Below, piece after piece: positions 60,435 to 64,000 of a DNA stretch of 64,000 nt. The stretch is from the NCBI GenBank assembly GCA_964016885.1, contig OZ024742.1, positions 105,710,001-105,774,000 of the forward strand, written 5' to 3'. The notes under the pieces were generated by a model, which searched no databases, had not been told where the DNA came from, and was given only the letters and a program-made list of their open reading frames with translations. The stretch comes from Eledone cirrhosa (taxonomy: Eukaryota). How positions within the stretch are numbered: position 1 is the first letter of the stretch; the number at the start of each line of letters is the position of its first letter. The position numbers were made by a program, and so were the translations under genes.

Positions 60435-61339
60435 AGTGTCGTTATGTACGTACTTATGTGTATATATGTATATACCTGCCTACCTGCCTGTTTGTCTGTA
60501 TATGAGTGTGTGTACGCGTGAGCATAAGTTTGTGTGGGTATGTGTATGAGTATCAATGCATGTGTACCTATGTACCTGTGTGTATGTGTGTATGTGTGTA
60601 TGTGTGTGTGTGTATGTGTGTGTGTGTATGTGTGTGTATGTGTGTGTGTGTATGTATGTATGTGTGTGTGTGTGTATGTGTGTGTGTATGTGTATGTATG
60701 TATGTATGTGTGTGCGCGTGTGTGTGTGTGTGTGAGTGTGTATGTGTGTGTGTGTGTGTGAGTGTGTATGTATGTGTATGTGTGTGTGTGTGTGAGTGTG
60801 TTACCAGAAAGTTATTTAAGGATTAATGAAGATAAGACGAAATAACAGTGTTACAAATTGGATTCAGTATATGCGTGCACGAGTATGTGTGCGAGCGCTT
60901 GTATGTATGCATAGGTATGTGTACATAGGTATGTGTGCATACGTATGTGTACATAGGTATGTGTGCGTAGGTATGTGTGCGCGCGCTTGTATGTATGGGT
61001 ATGTGCGCGGTTGTTAAGAACTCGCGTTCTTCCAAACTGAACAAAGCATTTCACGACTGTTTTGTGTTTTCATATTTAAAGTGAGGCTATTTAATAGAAA
61101 ATCTACTTTTATCACTTGTAATTGAATAACCATAGAGGCATGTTTCATTCTTTGTAATTCATGGCGTCTTCGTCATGATAAGAAGACATTAAATATATTT
61201 ATATACGTATCAGGGGCCTTATTATCGAAATCTGTACACATATATACACGCACACACACGCACACACACACACATTGCACAGATGTATGTGTGTGTATAA
61301 GCAGGTATGTCTTTTTAAATATACGTGTATGTATATATC

Positions 61340-61370
<31 letters not shown>

Positions 61371-61587
61371 TACACATATATATATATATTCTCTCTCTCT
61401 GTATATATATATATATATATATGTATTGTATATAAGGTAGATTAAATGAGTTGATAATGCAACTATATAAGCCAGAAAGATATATTCAAAGCTCGAATGT
61501 GATCTTATTATCCACAGTAAGATTTGCAAAATTCCAGTCATAGTAGTTTTACAACATCATAGAGCATATTTAAAATGAATAAATAAA

Positions 61588-61761
61588 TGATTGTTTCTAC
61601 TTTAGGCACAGCAATTACCCAGTGCATTACTGGTACTTTATTTTATCGACTCCGTAAGGATGAAAGGCAAAGTCAACCTCGGCGGGATTTGAACTCAGAT
61701 CGTAAAGGGACGTAACTATGCTGGAAAGCATGGCGTCCGACTCTCCACCGATACTGCCAAT
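61588..61761 (-). mobile_element. SINE family A
   Basis: Near-identical to 62878-63063. Confidence 0.9.
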
Positions 61762-62214
61762 ATAAATAATGCTATTAAATCAATTAAATAATGTACTAAA
61801 CCTTGGTTATTTATTTATTTATTCATTTTATATATATTTATATTGAGAATATGTTTGGTTTATGAAAAAGAGACAGAAAGTTGTATTAAAAAGTGCTTTT
61901 GTAATGAATATTCCATTTTACTTTAACGATCAACTAGGCGTTTTCATAGAATTTGCCGTATTCTCCTGTATTCTTATAAAAAATTGTTTCTGTTTTCTTT
62001 TTTTTTGTCCTTTGTGTTTCTTATTTACCGCATATGTGTATTTACCTTCTTATTTACCTTATATGTATTTATTTTAATGTCTACTTTACTTTTCATTTGC
62101 CTGAAATCAACCATGAAATCTCCACCTGGTTTTTATGGTTTAAGTCGTGGCCGGGAGGAGCTTTAGAGGTTTGCTTCGTATTCACGTTTAGATATTACTA
62201 CGTAGCACTATGGG

Positions 62215-64000
62215 CATATGCTTGTTCTATAAGAGAGGGACACAGGTTATACGTTCTCCTGGAAAGGGAAATCAAATGGGGAAAACAGGAATGAAGGAGT
62301 AGGTTTCGTTGACCAGACAGAGGTCACAAAGCGGCTTGAGCAACCACACGGCATTGATAATCGAATTATACACCTGAGAGTTCCACTTTCAAGGGGACGT
62401 TTCATAACTGTCATTTCAGTATATCCTGGATAGTGGCTTTTTTTTTTACCAAGATCTTGGAGATTACAATGCACGCGTGGGAAAAGACGATCATATCTGG
62501 ATTGTTTTAGGACGTTGCTGCATAGGAAGATGGATACCAATGGTCATCTCCTTTTGCAATTATACACAGTAAGTTTGAGCTGGTCATCTGCTGATCATTC
62601 CTTTTTTTCAGGAAGATGAGATCCATAAGGCAACACGGATACACCCGAGATCTAAACATGGACACATCTTGGATTATATCAGCACCAGGAAGATAGACCT
62701 CCAGGATATATGCCCTGTAATAATAATGCGTGGTACAGAATGTGGTACAGACCACAAACCTGTACTTTGCAAGATGAAAGTGCAGATCAGAGGAAAAGTG
62801 AGGGCAGCAGGGGTACAAGTGCCAAAACGTATATGTGTTGCCAAACTGCAACATTTAAAAATGCGAGATGTTCTACATAATTGTTTCTACTTTAGGCACA
62901 AGGCCAGAAAATACCCAGTGCATTACTGGTACTTTATTTTATCGACCCCGTAAGGATGAAAGGCAAAGTCAACCTCGGCGGGATTTGAACTCAGATCGTA
63001 AAGGGACGTAACTATGCTGGAAAGCATGGCGTCCGACCCTCTACCGATACTGCCAATCCACCTTCATAATGCACTTGACAACGTTGTCTTTGAACAAGTT
63101 ATTTGAGAAGTGCCTTGTAGAGAGTCCAGTGAGGACCACTTTTGAGAAGGCCTTTAAAGAATCAGAGTCAAATCCGCGATGTTTAAATGGAAAGATGAAG
63201 AATAACTGGTGGTCTGAAGTTTCAGCAGAGATGCAGAGGGCTTAAAACTGCAGAGACTTGATGGCATTATACAGCACAATATGGCAAGTTTTTGCCCACA
63301 GCCCTCAAAAGTAGCACCCTAGGAGTCAAACGATGGGAATACCATCACCCAACAGGAATCCTCAGTCGGTTGACTGAACATTTTAAAGATCTGTTTGACA
63401 AACCACATGTAGTTGATGAGGAAGTTATTAATGGACTGCCAAAAAAGGAGACTATGACAGAGATGATGAATGATCCAACCATTAATGAGATAAGGTCTAC
63501 TATTAAAGAGATAAACACAGGGAAAGCGTCAGGTCTGGAGGGAATACCTGTTGAGCTGATCCACTTTGGAGGAGACAATGTTGTTATGGCCATTCATGGG
63601 CTATTTCTATCTGTATGGCATGGTGAGCCTGTTTCGCAAGACTGGATAGATATAATCTTGCTGTCGAATTACAAGGGCAAGTGTGCCAAGTCTGAATGCG
63701 GTGACCATCATGGTATAATTCTGCTCGGTAGTAAAAGTCTTATCCAAGGTCCTGCTGAATCGTCTAATAAAATGGATCTGCCCTGGTGCCATCTCTGAGA
63801 CCCAGAGTTGATTCTTAGCTGGGTGGGCTACTATGAACAGGAATGTTTCAGCCTGCCAGCTTACGGAGAAGTGTGTTGAGCAGCGAGTGCCACTGTTCCA
63901 AGTACTCGTGAACCTAACCAAAACCTTCGATACTGTTAATCGTACTACATTGTGGATTATACTGGGGAAACTCGGATGCCCTCCTGAATGTGTTGGAATA
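62215..64000 (+). mobile_element. RTE-clade (BovB-like) LINE: decayed APE endonuclease and start of reverse transcriptase, continuing past the window
   Basis: EGVGF, LGDYNARVG, LDYI…TDHKPV (APE); PTINEIRSTIKEINTGKASGLEGIPVEL and NLTKTFDTVNR..LW..L.KLGCP (RT); multiple stops and frameshifts. Confidence 0.9.
62878..63063 (-). mobile_element. SINE family A inserted in the RTE LINE
   Basis: Full-length copy flanked by CATAAT on both sides. Confidence 0.92.

Overview
Repeat-saturated, AT-rich eukaryotic (animal) DNA with no host gene I can support. The SINE families and the density of (TA)n, (CA)n and (TATG)n tracts suggest an octopod cephalopod; this is an inference. Nearly all of the supplied ORFs are microsatellite translations. 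Real coding remnants are: two head-to-tail Tx1/L1-clade LINE pieces (ORF1 zinc knuckle, APE endonuclease, C-terminal zf-RVT), several RTE-clade LINE fragments, a mariner transposase remnant and a Penelope-like GIY-YIG endonuclease fragment. There are many tRNA-derived SINEs of about three families, several MITEs and a higher-order minisatellite. The main unannotated signal is a set of minimal type I hammerhead-ribozyme folds (CUGANGA...GAAA-short stem III-NUH): about a dozen near-intact copies in at least six sequence-unrelated families. They sit in non-coding elements that end at (TA)n tracts and are arranged as inverted or partial-tandem duplications, consistent with Penelope-dependent, retrozyme-like RNAs. 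All folds were paired by eye; activity is untested and some boundaries are approximate.
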